A stretch of DNA of 64,000 bases. Origin: Alphaproteobacteria bacterium. GTDB taxonomy: Bacteria; Pseudomonadota; Alphaproteobacteria; UBA828. Of the stretch, positions 42,356-51,996 are shown one piece after another (position 1 is the first letter of the stretch; each line of letters opens with the position of its first letter). A program made the position numbers and the translations under genes. The notes beneath the pieces were generated by a model, which saw only the letters and a program-made list of their open reading frames with translations, did not search any database and had not been told where the DNA came from. Where the stretch lies: assembly GCA_965207055.1 (NCBI GenBank), contig CBDBLP010000002.1:336152-400151 (forward strand), written 5' to 3'.

Positions 42356-42934
42356 TTACCGTAACTGATCCAGGTCAGGGTCGGCGGTTGCTTCCAGCCA
42401 GCGGGGGGCGAAGGCGAGGATCGGGATGTCTGGCGGGAGCTGCGGGTTGAAGAGCGCGTTGTGCCACCAGGTCTCGTCGCGGCGCGGGTCGTCGGGCCTG
42501 AGCCTCCGGACGGTGCAGGGTAGCGTGTAGCGCTGGTTGTCCTGGGCGAAGGCTAGGGTGCAGCGCCGCTCATGCTCCAGGTCGGCGGCAAGCGCCGAGC
42601 CGGGCGCGAAGGTCGCCGTGAGATGGTCGCTGAAAGCGCGCGCGTGCTGGTAGTAGCGCTCCGCCAGCAGGGCGAGCGCCGCCTCGCGCTGATCGCGCGG
42701 ATCGTGGGTGCGCCGCGCCAGGTGGCGGAACTCGGGCGCGAAGGACTCGGCCTCCCGCCGAACCAGGAGTGTGGTCACCGCCGGCGCAAGCTCCTCGCCT
42801 GCAGCGCTCAGCACCTGCGGTCGCATCCCGGGCGACGGCTGACCGGCGCGGCGGCGCATGGCGTCGGCGCGGATGCGGCACTGCCAGCCGACGAAGTGAT
42901 CGCGCAGGCGCTCGGCCCGCGGCGCAGCTGTCAC
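42356..42934 (-). CDS. Hypothetical protein (no recognisable family)
   Basis: 192-aa ORF, divergent from the amidase gene, with codon usage like its neighbours. Confidence 0.45.
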   Translation of the reverse strand: MTAAPRAERLRDHFVGWQCRIRADAMRRRAGQPSPGMRPQVLSAAGEELAPAVTTLLVRREAESFAPEFRHLARRTHDPRDQREAALALLAERYYQHARAFSDHLTATFAPGSALAADLEHERRCTLAFAQDNQRYTLPCTVRRLRPDDPRRDETWWHNALFNPQLPPDIPILAFAPRWLEATADPDLDQLR

Positions 42935-43241
42935 GGCCCCTCAACCCCTGTTCGCATGGTTCGCGTGCATGGTGCGCCGGCGATGGTAGCCGCGGCCTCC
43001 GCTTCGGGCCATCGGGTTCGGCGCCCCCTGTATGCGGTGCTCTCACGGTCCTGTCGAGGGCGGCTGCCGCCTGCCACGTGGCGGCTCGATCATCGCACTC
43101 GTCCCGCCTGTCCCGCTTAATCCCGGCAAATCCCGCATCAAAATTTCTTGCCGTCCGTATCGGGCCCCGCGCGTGCAGCGTGACCGTGCCGAGAATTCCG
43201 CTAGGATCGCAGGCCGCCCCCACCAACCGAACGAGGCCCCC

Positions 43242-44807
43242 ATGTCGCGCGGTCCGGAACTTCCCTCCGTCAATCAACTCGCCGCCATCGCCCAGGACTT
43301 CAAGCTCGACATGACGCTGGAGGATGTGACGAACCAGCGGGAGGCCATGCGGGGCGCCATCGCGAGCCTGCGCCATATCGACGACCTGCCTGAGGAGCGG
43401 CCTGCCGTTACCTATCCGCGCACCTCCGGCTACCGGCCGCACCCGGACGAGAACCCCTACAACGCCTGGTATTGGCGGACCGAGGTCAAGGGCGCGGACT
43501 CAGGCCCGCTCGCGGGCGAGGAGATCGGCGTCAAGGACGTGGTCTCGCTGGCCGGCGTCCCGATGATGAACGGCTCGCGCGCCCTCGAAGGCTATGTGCC
43601 CACCATCGACGCCACCATCGTGACCCGCATGCTCGACGCGGGCGCCACCATCGTCGGCAAGACCGCCTGCGCCGACTTCTCCTTCTCCGGCGGCGGCCAC
43701 ACCAGCGGCTACGGCCCGGTGCGCAACCCGCGCAAGCCCACCCATGCGCCCGGCGGCTCGTCCAAGGGGAGCGCCGCGGCGCTGGCCGCAGGCGATGTGG
43801 CCATGGCGATCGGCGGCGATCAGGGCGGCTCGATCCGCATCCCCGCTTCCTGGTGCGGCGTGGTCGGCCACAAGGCGACCTTCGGCCTCATCCCCTATAC
43901 CGGGTGCCTCGCGATCGAGATGACCCTCGATCACATCGGCCCGATGACGAACACCGTCGAGAATTGCGCCCGCATGCTCTCGGTCCTCGCCGGCCCCGAC
44001 CCGCTCGATCCGCGCCAGCGGGGCGTGGTTCCGGCCGACTACGTGCAGGACTACATGCCGGCGATCGGTGCCGGCTGCGAAGGTGTGCGCATCGGCGTGC
44101 TGACCGAGGGCTTCGGCCAGACCGAGGAGAGCTGGCCCGAGTTCGGCCTGCCGGGGAGCGACCCGGCGGTGGACGATGCGGTCCGCGCCACGGTGCGCCG
44201 GCTGGAGGAGCGGGGTGCCGAGGTCACCGAGGTCTCGGTGCCCGAGCATTACCACGGGCTCCGGCTCTGGTTCGCGATCGCGGCCGAGGGTGCGACCGAG
44301 TTCATGCTGAAGAACGGGGGCGTCGGCACCGGCTGGTTCGGCTACTACGACACGCAGTTTCTCGAGCATGCGTCGCGCGCGGCGAAGACCCGCCAGAACG
44401 ACTATCCACTCACCGTGAAGAACGTGCTCCTGCTGGGCGCTTACCTCAAGCGCTACTACCACGGCACCTACTACGCAAAGGCGCAGAACCAGCGCGGACG
44501 GCTGACCGCGGCCTACGACAAGGCGCTTCAGGATGTGGACGTGCTGGTGCTGCCGACCATTCCGCACCTGCCGGGGCCGATCCCCGGCCCGGATGCGGAT
44601 TTTGGGGAGTACATGTCGCGCGCGCTTTGCATGATCAACAACACGCCGCAGCTCAACCTGACCGGCCATCCCGCGATCAGCGTGCCCTGCGGCGTGTCGG
44701 ACGACCTGCCCATCGGATTCCAGATCGTCGGCCGCCACTTCGACGATCTCACGGTGCTCAAGGTCGCCGACGCGGTGGAGAAGAGCGCGGATTGGCAGAG
44801 CGTGTAA
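43242..44807 (+). CDS. Amidase-signature family amidase
   Basis: The start is the ATG at 43242. The GGSSKGSAAALAAG signature region and the Ser-cisSer-Lys context (GGDQGGSIRIPAS) are present. Confidence 0.8.
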   Translation: MSRGPELPSVNQLAAIAQDFKLDMTLEDVTNQREAMRGAIASLRHIDDLPEERPAVTYPRTSGYRPHPDENPYNAWYWRTEVKGADSGPLAGEEIGVKDVVSLAGVPMMNGSRALEGYVPTIDATIVTRMLDAGATIVGKTACADFSFSGGGHTSGYGPVRNPRKPTHAPGGSSKGSAAALAAGDVAMAIGGDQGGSIRIPASWCGVVGHKATFGLIPYTGCLAIEMTLDHIGPMTNTVENCARMLSVLAGPDPLDPRQRGVVPADYVQDYMPAIGAGCEGVRIGVLTEGFGQTEESWPEFGLPGSDPAVDDAVRATVRRLEERGAEVTEVSVPEHYHGLRLWFAIAAEGATEFMLKNGGVGTGWFGYYDTQFLEHASRAAKTRQNDYPLTVKNVLLLGAYLKRYYHGTYYAKAQNQRGRLTAAYDKALQDVDVLVLPTIPHLPGPIPGPDADFGEYMSRALCMINNTPQLNLTGHPAISVPCGVSDDLPIGFQIVGRHFDDLTVLKVADAVEKSADWQSV

Positions 44808-44853
44808 CGCACCCGGCGCCCGGCGCACGCTCAGGCGGCCGCGAGGTGGGGCG

Positions 44854-46416
44854 GTGACGGAAAAGCCGGAACGCTGGCTCGTGCGCAAGCCGGCGGTGAC
44901 GAGCCGCGCCGGCGTGGTTGCGACCCAGCACCAGGCCGCGTCGGAGGTCGGCGCGCGGGTGCTGGCCGAGGGCGGCAATGCAGTCGACGCCGCCATCGCC
45001 GCGAGCCTTGCGCTGGCGACGGTCGAGCCCTGGATGAGCGGCCTCGGCGGCGGCGGGTACATGCTGGTCCGCCCAGCCGGCGAGGAGCGGACGCACGCCC
45101 TCTCCTTCGGCATGGTGGCGCCGGGCGCGCTGGACCCTGCGGACTACCCGCTCACCGGTGAGGCCGGCGCTGACATGTTCGGCTGGCCGGCGGTGCTGGA
45201 GGACCGCAACATGCGCGGCCCGCTCGCGGTGGCGGTGCCGGGTCAGGTCGCGGGCCTCGGATTGGCGCACGAGCGCTTCGGCACCCGGAGCTGGTCCGAC
45301 CTCGTGGCGCCCGCATGCGAACTCGCCGAGCGGGGCATGGAGGTGGACTGGCACGCCACCCTCGCGATCGCGGCGTCGGCGCCTGAGCTCGCGTATGACA
45401 CCGGCTGCGCCGCCGCGTATCTGGCGGACGGGTTCCCGCTGGCGACGCCCTGGACCGGGGACGCGCCGCGTATCCGGCTGGGCCGGCTCGCGGAGACCCT
45501 GCGCCGGCTTGCGGAGGCGGGGCCTCGGGACTTCTACACGGGCGAGATCGCGGGAGCGATCTGCGCCGACATGGCGGCGCTCGGCGGACGTCTTTCGGCG
45601 GATGACCTCGCGGCCTACGAAGCGCAGGTCGAAGAAGCCCCGGCGACCCGCTACCGCGACGCCCTGGTGATGACCGCGCCGGGGCTGACCGCAGGGCCGA
45701 CACTGGTGGACGTGCTGGACCGTCTCGCCGCCTCGCTCGAGCCGGGCGAGGCGCCCGGCGGCGAGGCCTACGTGGCTTACACTGAGGCGTTGCAGGCGGC
45801 CTACGCCGAGCGTCTTCAGGGCATGGGCGCGGGCACCGACGGAGACCCCGCATCCTGCACCAGCCATCTCGGCGCGGCCGACCGGGACGGCACCGTGGTC
45901 GCGCTGACCCAGACCCTGCTCTCGCCCTTCGGCGCCAAGGTGATGCTGCCGCAGACCGGGATCCTGCTGAACAACGGGATCATGTGGTTCGACCCCCGGC
46001 CGGGCGGCCCGAATTCGATCGCCCCCGGCAAGCGGCCGCTTTCCAACATGTGCCCGACCATCGTCGAGTTCGCGGACGGCAGACGTGCGGCGCTCGGCGC
46101 CTCCGGCGGGCGGCGCATCCTGCCCGCCGTCGCGCAGCTGCTCTCCTTCCTCGCGGACTTCGGCATGAGCCTCGACGATGCCGCGCACTGCCCGCGCGTC
46201 AATTCGGACGGTGCCGACCTCGTCGATGCGGATGCCAGGTTGCCGGCGGAGACGCTGGCTCTGCTCGAGGCCCGGTTCGCGCTCTCGGTGCGCCCGCACG
46301 GCGTCCACCCGTCCCTCTACGCCTGCCCGAACGCGGTCGTCTGGGACCCGCACAGCGGGACCGCAAGCGGCGCTGCCCACGTCATGTCCCCCAACGCCTG
46401 CGTCGGCGCGCCCTGA
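44854..46416 (+). CDS. Gamma-glutamyltransferase-family protein
   Basis: 520 aa with the autoprocessing/catalytic Thr context SCTSHLGAADRDG, and GILLNNGIMWFD...GKRPLSNMCP. Confidence 0.8.
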   Translation: MTEKPERWLVRKPAVTSRAGVVATQHQAASEVGARVLAEGGNAVDAAIAASLALATVEPWMSGLGGGGYMLVRPAGEERTHALSFGMVAPGALDPADYPLTGEAGADMFGWPAVLEDRNMRGPLAVAVPGQVAGLGLAHERFGTRSWSDLVAPACELAERGMEVDWHATLAIAASAPELAYDTGCAAAYLADGFPLATPWTGDAPRIRLGRLAETLRRLAEAGPRDFYTGEIAGAICADMAALGGRLSADDLAAYEAQVEEAPATRYRDALVMTAPGLTAGPTLVDVLDRLAASLEPGEAPGGEAYVAYTEALQAAYAERLQGMGAGTDGDPASCTSHLGAADRDGTVVALTQTLLSPFGAKVMLPQTGILLNNGIMWFDPRPGGPNSIAPGKRPLSNMCPTIVEFADGRRAALGASGGRRILPAVAQLLSFLADFGMSLDDAAHCPRVNSDGADLVDADARLPAETLALLEARFALSVRPHGVHPSLYACPNAVVWDPHSGTASGAAHVMSPNACVGAP

Positions 46417-46435
46417 CGCCGGAAGGGAGAACTCG

Positions 46436-47194
46436 ATGAGCAATCACACGCGCCTCGGCATGATCACGCCCTCGCTCAACACGGTGCTGGAGCCCGTGAC
46501 CTACGCCCTGCTCGCGGACCTGCCCGACGTGACGGCGCATTTCAGCCGGGTGCAGGTGACTCAGATATCGCTAGGCGAGGACTCGGCGGCCCAGTTCGCC
46601 GACGAGCCGATGCTCGCTGCTGCGCGCATGCTGGCCGACGCCCGCGTTCACGCGATCTGCTGGAACGGAACGGCAGGCAGCTGGCTCGGCCCCGACTTCG
46701 ACCGCCGGCTCTGCCAATCAATCGCGCGCGAGACCGGCATTCCGGCGACGAGCGCGACGCTGGCGCTGGCCGAGCTCTTCCGCAGCCGGGGCATCAGGCG
46801 CTTCGCCCTGGTCACGCCCTTCGAGGACGCGCTGCAGCAGGCGATCATCGAGACCTACGGGCGCGAGGGCTTCGAGTGCGTCGCCGAGCGTCATCTCGAC
46901 AGCGACGATACCTTCGGCTACGCGAGCATCCCGCCGGCGACGACCGAAGGGATGATCCGCGACGTGGTCGGCGCGGAGCCGGACGCGATCGCCGCGGTAT
47001 GCACGAACCTGAAGGGCGCGTCCCACGCCCGGGCGCTGGAGGCGGAATGCGGCCGGCCTGTCTACGACAGCGTGGCGGCGGCGCTCTGGGGCACGCTCGC
47101 GCTTGCCGGCGCGGACCCGAGCCGGATCGCGGGCTGGGGAGAAATCTTCTCCGTCGCGCCCGCTTCGCTGGAACGCCTCGGCGCCCTGGCTTAA
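46436..47194 (+). CDS. Asp/Glu/hydantoin racemase-superfamily protein (maleate cis-trans isomerase/arylmalonate decarboxylase-like)
   Basis: RLGMITPSLNTVLEPV...ICWNGTAGSWLG...AVCTNLKG. Confidence 0.65.
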   Translation: MSNHTRLGMITPSLNTVLEPVTYALLADLPDVTAHFSRVQVTQISLGEDSAAQFADEPMLAAARMLADARVHAICWNGTAGSWLGPDFDRRLCQSIARETGIPATSATLALAELFRSRGIRRFALVTPFEDALQQAIIETYGREGFECVAERHLDSDDTFGYASIPPATTEGMIRDVVGAEPDAIAAVCTNLKGASHARALEAECGRPVYDSVAAALWGTLALAGADPSRIAGWGEIFSVAPASLERLGALA

Positions 47195-48123
47195 GCGCTC
47201 GCGGCCTGTTCCTCCTCGGGCTCGAGCAGGTCGGCCACCGGCGTCGAGTGCCAGCCGTCGGCGCGCTTTGCCCAATAGAGGTCGGAGAGCCGGCCGGTGG
47301 TGATACCCGGCGCGCCGTTGCCGATGGGCTTGTCGTTGACCCGGACGACCGGCACGACCCCGCCGGCCGACGACGAGATGAAGGCCTCGCCGGCCTCCTC
47401 CAGGTCCTCGGCCTTGAGGTCGGTGGCCTCGGCTTTCAGTCCGATGTCCTGGCAGAGATCGAACACGGTCTTGCGGGTGATCCCCTCCAGCAGGTTGTCG
47501 CCGGGGGTGAGCGCCTTGCCGTCGCGGATGATCCAGACGTTGAAGCCCGGGCCTTCCGTGACGTAGCCGTCGGTCGAGAGCAGCACGGGCTGGTCGGCGC
47601 CGGCATCGAGCGCCTCGAAGTGGGCGGCGGTCAGATCCATCCGGTTAAAGTTCTTGCACTTCTGGTTGATCGCGGCGTCGGGCGCGCGGCGGGTCTGGGC
47701 AATCCAGAGGTGGGCGCCGGACTTCACCTTGGGCTCGGCGACGATGGTGTAGTAGGGCACCGCATAGGCGATCAGCTCGTTCTCGGCAGTGCGCGGGTCG
47801 CCGAACGCGCCGCCGCCGGCGTAGCGGCCGCGCGTGCAGAGCACGTAGACGATCGAGTCCGTGAAGCCGGCGCGATGCACGCACTGCGCCATGATGCTTC
47901 TGATCTGCGCATCCGGCATGGGCGGCGTGAGCCGGATGTGATCGCACGAGGCGTAGAAGCGGTCCATATGATCGTCGAGCCGGAAGAACGCGTTGTCACA
48001 CACCGTGACCGCGTCGAACACCACATCGCTCTTGTGGAAGGCCGGGTCGAGGATCGGTACCGACGCTTCCTCGATCGGCAGGTATTGTCCCTGGCAGTAG
48101 GCGATTCCCTTCGAATCCGACAT
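47191..48123 (-). CDS. Class IV (branched-chain/D-amino-acid) aminotransferase
   Basis: 310 aa from the ATG at 48123. Landmarks are FHKSDVVFDAV, KNFNRMDL and EGPGFNVW...GITRKTV. Confidence 0.8.
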   Translation of the reverse strand: MSDSKGIAYCQGQYLPIEEASVPILDPAFHKSDVVFDAVTVCDNAFFRLDDHMDRFYASCDHIRLTPPMPDAQIRSIMAQCVHRAGFTDSIVYVLCTRGRYAGGGAFGDPRTAENELIAYAVPYYTIVAEPKVKSGAHLWIAQTRRAPDAAINQKCKNFNRMDLTAAHFEALDAGADQPVLLSTDGYVTEGPGFNVWIIRDGKALTPGDNLLEGITRKTVFDLCQDIGLKAEATDLKAEDLEEAGEAFISSSAGGVVPVVRVNDKPIGNGAPGITTGRLSDLYWAKRADGWHSTPVADLLEPEEEQAASA

Positions 48124-48360
48124 GGTTGCAGCCTCCCTGGCGGCGTTGCGGTTCGAAGCGGACGGTAAGGCGGTGCAGCCCTCGCCGTCAATGTCCCGCG
48201 TCTCGGTCCCGAAAGCGCTTTTCGAAAAATTCGCAGCGAACCCTGCGAAAAGCGCAGAATCGGATGGGGAGGCGGCACGGAAGCCGCTATGATGGATCAT
48301 CCATACGAAGCGGGAGTACCCGCCGAAGCGCCCGTCTCACAGAAAACAAGTTGGTCCATC

Positions 48361-48909
48361 ATGTCAGACATCGGTTCGCCGCCCAGCGAAGGCGGCTCAA
48401 TCACGGCTCAGGTCAAGTGGTTCAACCCGACCAAGGGGTTCGGCTTCCTCGTGCCCGATGACGGCTCGCCTGACGTATTTTGCCACGTCTCGGCGGTCGA
48501 ACGGGCGGGCTACGACACGCTGCCCCAAGGAGCCACCGTCAGTTGCGAGATCGTGCAGGGGCAAAAGGGCCCGCAAGTCTCGCAGATCCATAACGTCGAC
48601 ACCTCGACCGCGACCGTCATGCCGCCGCGGGGCGACCGACCGCGCCGCCCCAGCCCCGGCGGTTTTCAGGCCCGGCGCTTTGACGAGCCAATGGGCCCGA
48701 CCGAGGAGATCGAGGGCACGGTCAAGTTCTACAACGTCGGCAAGAGCTACGGCTTCGTGACGCCGGACAGCGGCGGGCAGGACGTGTTCATCCACGCCAA
48801 GGTGCTTGCCCGCTCCGGCCTCGACGACCTGGAGCCTCAGCAGCGCGTACGGATGGAGATCACGCAGGGTCCGCGCGGGCCGCAGGCGACCAACGTCGAG
48901 CTGATCTGA
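48361..48909 (+). CDS. Cold-shock protein with two tandem cold-shock domains
   Basis: There are two CSD cores: GSITAQVKWFNPTKGFGFLVPDDGSPDVFCHVSAV and IEGTVKFYNVGKSYGFVTPDSGGQDVFIHAKVL. Confidence 0.85.
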   Translation: MSDIGSPPSEGGSITAQVKWFNPTKGFGFLVPDDGSPDVFCHVSAVERAGYDTLPQGATVSCEIVQGQKGPQVSQIHNVDTSTATVMPPRGDRPRRPSPGGFQARRFDEPMGPTEEIEGTVKFYNVGKSYGFVTPDSGGQDVFIHAKVLARSGLDDLEPQQRVRMEITQGPRGPQATNVELI

Positions 48910-49063
48910 GCCTGGCTATCGGCGCGCGGCCCGCTTCGGCAGGCCGCGCCGCCGGACCTTACAGGGGGCGCGGCCCCACAGGACGACCGGAATGATAGGG
49001 GATACGGTCGCCACGCCCATCCTTGCGCGCCGTATCGACGCCATCGTGCGCGGCGCAGGGTGG

Positions 49064-49966
49064 TCAGTCGGCGCGGGCGGAGCGCCGGCGGGACAGAATC
49101 GAGCCGATTACCATCATGACGAAGGCGGTGAGCATGAGCCCGGCCGCGCCCCAGATGTAGGCCGAATGGACTTCGTCGAAGAAGAGAATGCCCCAGCCGA
49201 TGCCGCCGACCACTCCGATGATGGTCATGATGGAGAAGAGCGATGCGCCGGCGCGGCGCACGATGACGTAAAACATCGGCCACATGATCGCGTTGATGAC
49301 GACTGCGGCGCCGAGCGCGAGGTCGCCGTCCAGCTCCGGTCCGGGGAAGAGGTAGAGCTGGCCGGTTGCAGGCAGGAAGGGAATCAGCAAGAGCGCGCCC
49401 GCGAAGAGGTTGCCGATGGCGAGGCCGAGCGAGGACGATTCCGGTGGACGAAAGCGCTCGACGATCACGTTGAGCGCGCCGAACCCGAAAGGGATGAGCA
49501 GCGCGACAAGAAACCAGACGGCCATGCTCGGCGCCGGCAGGCTGTCGCCGGGGACGACGATGAGGAGAACCCCGCCGATTCCCGCAAGCAGCCCCACCGC
49601 GCAGATCGGCTGGAAGCGCTCGAGCCGGGCGAGGACCGCGAGGGTATAGGTGAAGAGCGGCGTCAGCGTGATCAGGAGCACGGTGACACCGGAAGGAAGC
49701 TTGGTCGCGATGAAGGCGAGCAGCGCAAAGGGAAAGGCGAAGCCCAAGGCGGCGCTGGTGAAATAGAGCCTGAGGTGCGGCCACGTGAACTGCGGTAGCT
49801 CGCGGCGGATCACCGCCGGCACCAGCAGAATCAGCCCGGCGCCGAGCGCGTACCAGAAGACATAAGCGAAATGGGGGAAGCCGGCGTCGCCCGCGATCTT
49901 GTTGACCGGGATCAGCAGGCTGAAATTGATGCCGGCGATCAGGATGAGAGCGAGCGAAAGGGCCAT
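49064..49966 (-). CDS. EamA/DMT-family transporter
   Basis: 300-aa protein with 10 predicted TM segments and two EamA-like halves. Confidence 0.7.
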   Translation of the reverse strand: MALSLALILIAGINFSLLIPVNKIAGDAGFPHFAYVFWYALGAGLILLVPAVIRRELPQFTWPHLRLYFTSAALGFAFPFALLAFIATKLPSGVTVLLITLTPLFTYTLAVLARLERFQPICAVGLLAGIGGVLLIVVPGDSLPAPSMAVWFLVALLIPFGFGALNVIVERFRPPESSSLGLAIGNLFAGALLLIPFLPATGQLYLFPGPELDGDLALGAAVVINAIMWPMFYVIVRRAGASLFSIMTIIGVVGGIGWGILFFDEVHSAYIWGAAGLMLTAFVMMVIGSILSRRRSARAD

Positions 49967-49987
49967 GACGTTGGTACGTAATCGGGA

Positions 49988-51169
49988 TTAGCGCGCGTTG
50001 AAACGGGGGGCGCCCGTCCCGATGACGTCCAGAATCACTTTGGCGGCGCGTTCGCTCGGCGGTGGGCCGCCGCGCCCGAGTCGGGCGGCGATTTCCCGAA
50101 AACTCTCGATCTGGTCCTGCCGTTGGCCGGGGTCCTGCAGCAACTGCTCGAGCGCCGGCACCAGGCGCTGAGGGGAGCAGTCGTGCTGCACGAACTCCGG
50201 TGCCGCCCGGCGCTCGGCGATGATGTTGGGCATCGCGATGTGCGGCACGATGAGGATGCGCCGCGCGATCGCCGCGGTGAGCGGGTTCACCCGGTAGCAG
50301 ACGATCATGGGAAGGGCCGCGAGCGCCAGTTCCAGGGTCGCCATTCCCGAAGCTGTGAGCGCTGCGTTGCTCGCAGCAAAGGCGGCGTACTTCTCGGCCT
50401 TGCCCTCCACCACTGTGACGGGCGCGCCCCACGACGCTGTCTTGTCGGCAACGGCTGCGCGATTCTGCGGCAGCGTCGGCACCAGGACGCGGAGCCCCTC
50501 GATGCGCCGGGCGAGCGTGCGCACGGTCTCCGCGAACACCGGCTCGTGCCGGCGCAACTCGCTCGTCCGGCTGCCCGGCAGGGCGGCGATCACGGGTTGT
50601 GCGGGCGCGATACCCAGGCGTTTGCGGAAGCCCGCCCCGTCGGCCTCGCCGATGGGCTCCTCGATCAGGGGATGGCCGACGAAGCTGGCATCCAGACCCT
50701 CGGCCTCGAAGTAGGGCGGCTCGAAGGGGAAGAGGCAAAGCACGTGGTCGAGGTAGCGCGCGATCTCGGCCGCGCGACCCGCCCGATAAGCCCAGACCGT
50801 TGGCGCCACGTAGTGGATCAGGGGAAAGCCCGCGCTCTTCAGCCTGCGCGCGACGCGGAGCGCGAAGCCCGGCACATCGACCGAGACGAAGGCTGCCGGC
50901 CGCAGCCGGCGGGCGGTGCGCGCCGTGGCCCGGATGCGCCCCAGCAGCCGCCCTATGTGGGGGACGACCTCCAGAAAGCCCATCAGCGACAGCTCGGAGT
51001 AGGGAAAGAGGCTCTCCAGCCCCTGCTCGGCCATGAGCGGGCCGCCGATGCCGGCGAAGCGCACGCGATTGCCGGTGCGCCGCTTGAGCGCGACCATCAG
51101 GCGGGAGGCGATAAGGTCGCCGGAGGGCTCGCCGGCGATCAGGAAGATCAGCGGCGCGTCTCGATCCAT
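49988..51169 (-). CDS. lpxB: Lipid-A-disaccharide synthase
   Basis: The opening IFLIAGEPSGDLIASRLM plus conserved synteny with lpxA/lpxI. Confidence 0.85.
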   Translation of the reverse strand: MDRDAPLIFLIAGEPSGDLIASRLMVALKRRTGNRVRFAGIGGPLMAEQGLESLFPYSELSLMGFLEVVPHIGRLLGRIRATARTARRLRPAAFVSVDVPGFALRVARRLKSAGFPLIHYVAPTVWAYRAGRAAEIARYLDHVLCLFPFEPPYFEAEGLDASFVGHPLIEEPIGEADGAGFRKRLGIAPAQPVIAALPGSRTSELRRHEPVFAETVRTLARRIEGLRVLVPTLPQNRAAVADKTASWGAPVTVVEGKAEKYAAFAASNAALTASGMATLELALAALPMIVCYRVNPLTAAIARRILIVPHIAMPNIIAERRAAPEFVQHDCSPQRLVPALEQLLQDPGQRQDQIESFREIAARLGRGGPPPSERAAKVILDVIGTGAPRFNAR

Positions 51170-51177
51170 TCCCGCCG

Positions 51178-51996
51178 TCAGCTCACGCCGACCATGAACA
51201 CGCCGTGCTCGTCGGCCCGTGCGACCGCCTTCGCACGCTCCAGGATCAGCGTCTCGCCGGCCTCGACTGCGATCCCCCGGAAGCCGGCTTCGGCGAGCCT
51301 CTCGATCGTGGTCGCCCCGATCGTCGGCAGATCGGCCCGGCGCTCCTGATCCGGTTTCTTCATCTTGACCAGCACGGCGCCTGGCCCTGCCTCCTGAAGC
51401 GCGGCGCAGCGCTTGATGAGTTCGTCCGTCCCTTCGACCCCTTCGACGCCCAGCACCCGACCGGCCTGCACCACGACGGCCTGTCCGATATCCTGCGCCC
51501 CGAGCGCACGAGCGGCCTCGATGCCGATTGCAATGTCGCGCTCGGCGTCTTCGTCGGGCGCGCGCCCGCCGAGCACGCCGGCGGGCGCGCAGAGCGTTGC
51601 GATCAGGTCGTCGGCGCCGATCACGCTAAAGCCCTCCGCCTCGAGCTCTTCGATCACGACCGAAAGGAGCGCATCGTCGCCCCTGCCCTTCGCACGCGCG
51701 ATGCGTCCCATGAGGCGCATGCCGCGCAGATCGACCTTGAGTGAGGAGAGAGAGGGCCGGCGGATCGCCCCGGCGAGCACCACCTCGCGGCAGTCTGCCT
51801 GGCGCAGAGACTTGAGCAGGGTCCCCACTGCGCCGAGCCCGAGCCAGCGGTGAGGAACGCCCGCGCAGGTCGCGGGGTCCGTTTCGCCCTCGAAGGCGAT
51901 GACCAGGATCTCGCGGCCTTCGCCCTCGCACGCCCGGGCGATGAGGCCGGGTAGCGCCCCCCCGCCCGCGATGATTCCCAGCCTACTCGCCGCCAT
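51178..51996 (-). CDS. lpxI: UDP-2,3-diacylglucosamine pyrophosphatase LpxI (DUF1009)
   Basis: RLGIIAGGGALPGLIA...KPDQERRADLPTIG, located between lpxA and lpxB as in alphaproteobacteria. Confidence 0.8.
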   Translation of the reverse strand: MAASRLGIIAGGGALPGLIARACEGEGREILVIAFEGETDPATCAGVPHRWLGLGAVGTLLKSLRQADCREVVLAGAIRRPSLSSLKVDLRGMRLMGRIARAKGRGDDALLSVVIEELEAEGFSVIGADDLIATLCAPAGVLGGRAPDEDAERDIAIGIEAARALGAQDIGQAVVVQAGRVLGVEGVEGTDELIKRCAALQEAGPGAVLVKMKKPDQERRADLPTIGATTIERLAEAGFRGIAVEAGETLILERAKAVARADEHGVFMVGVS

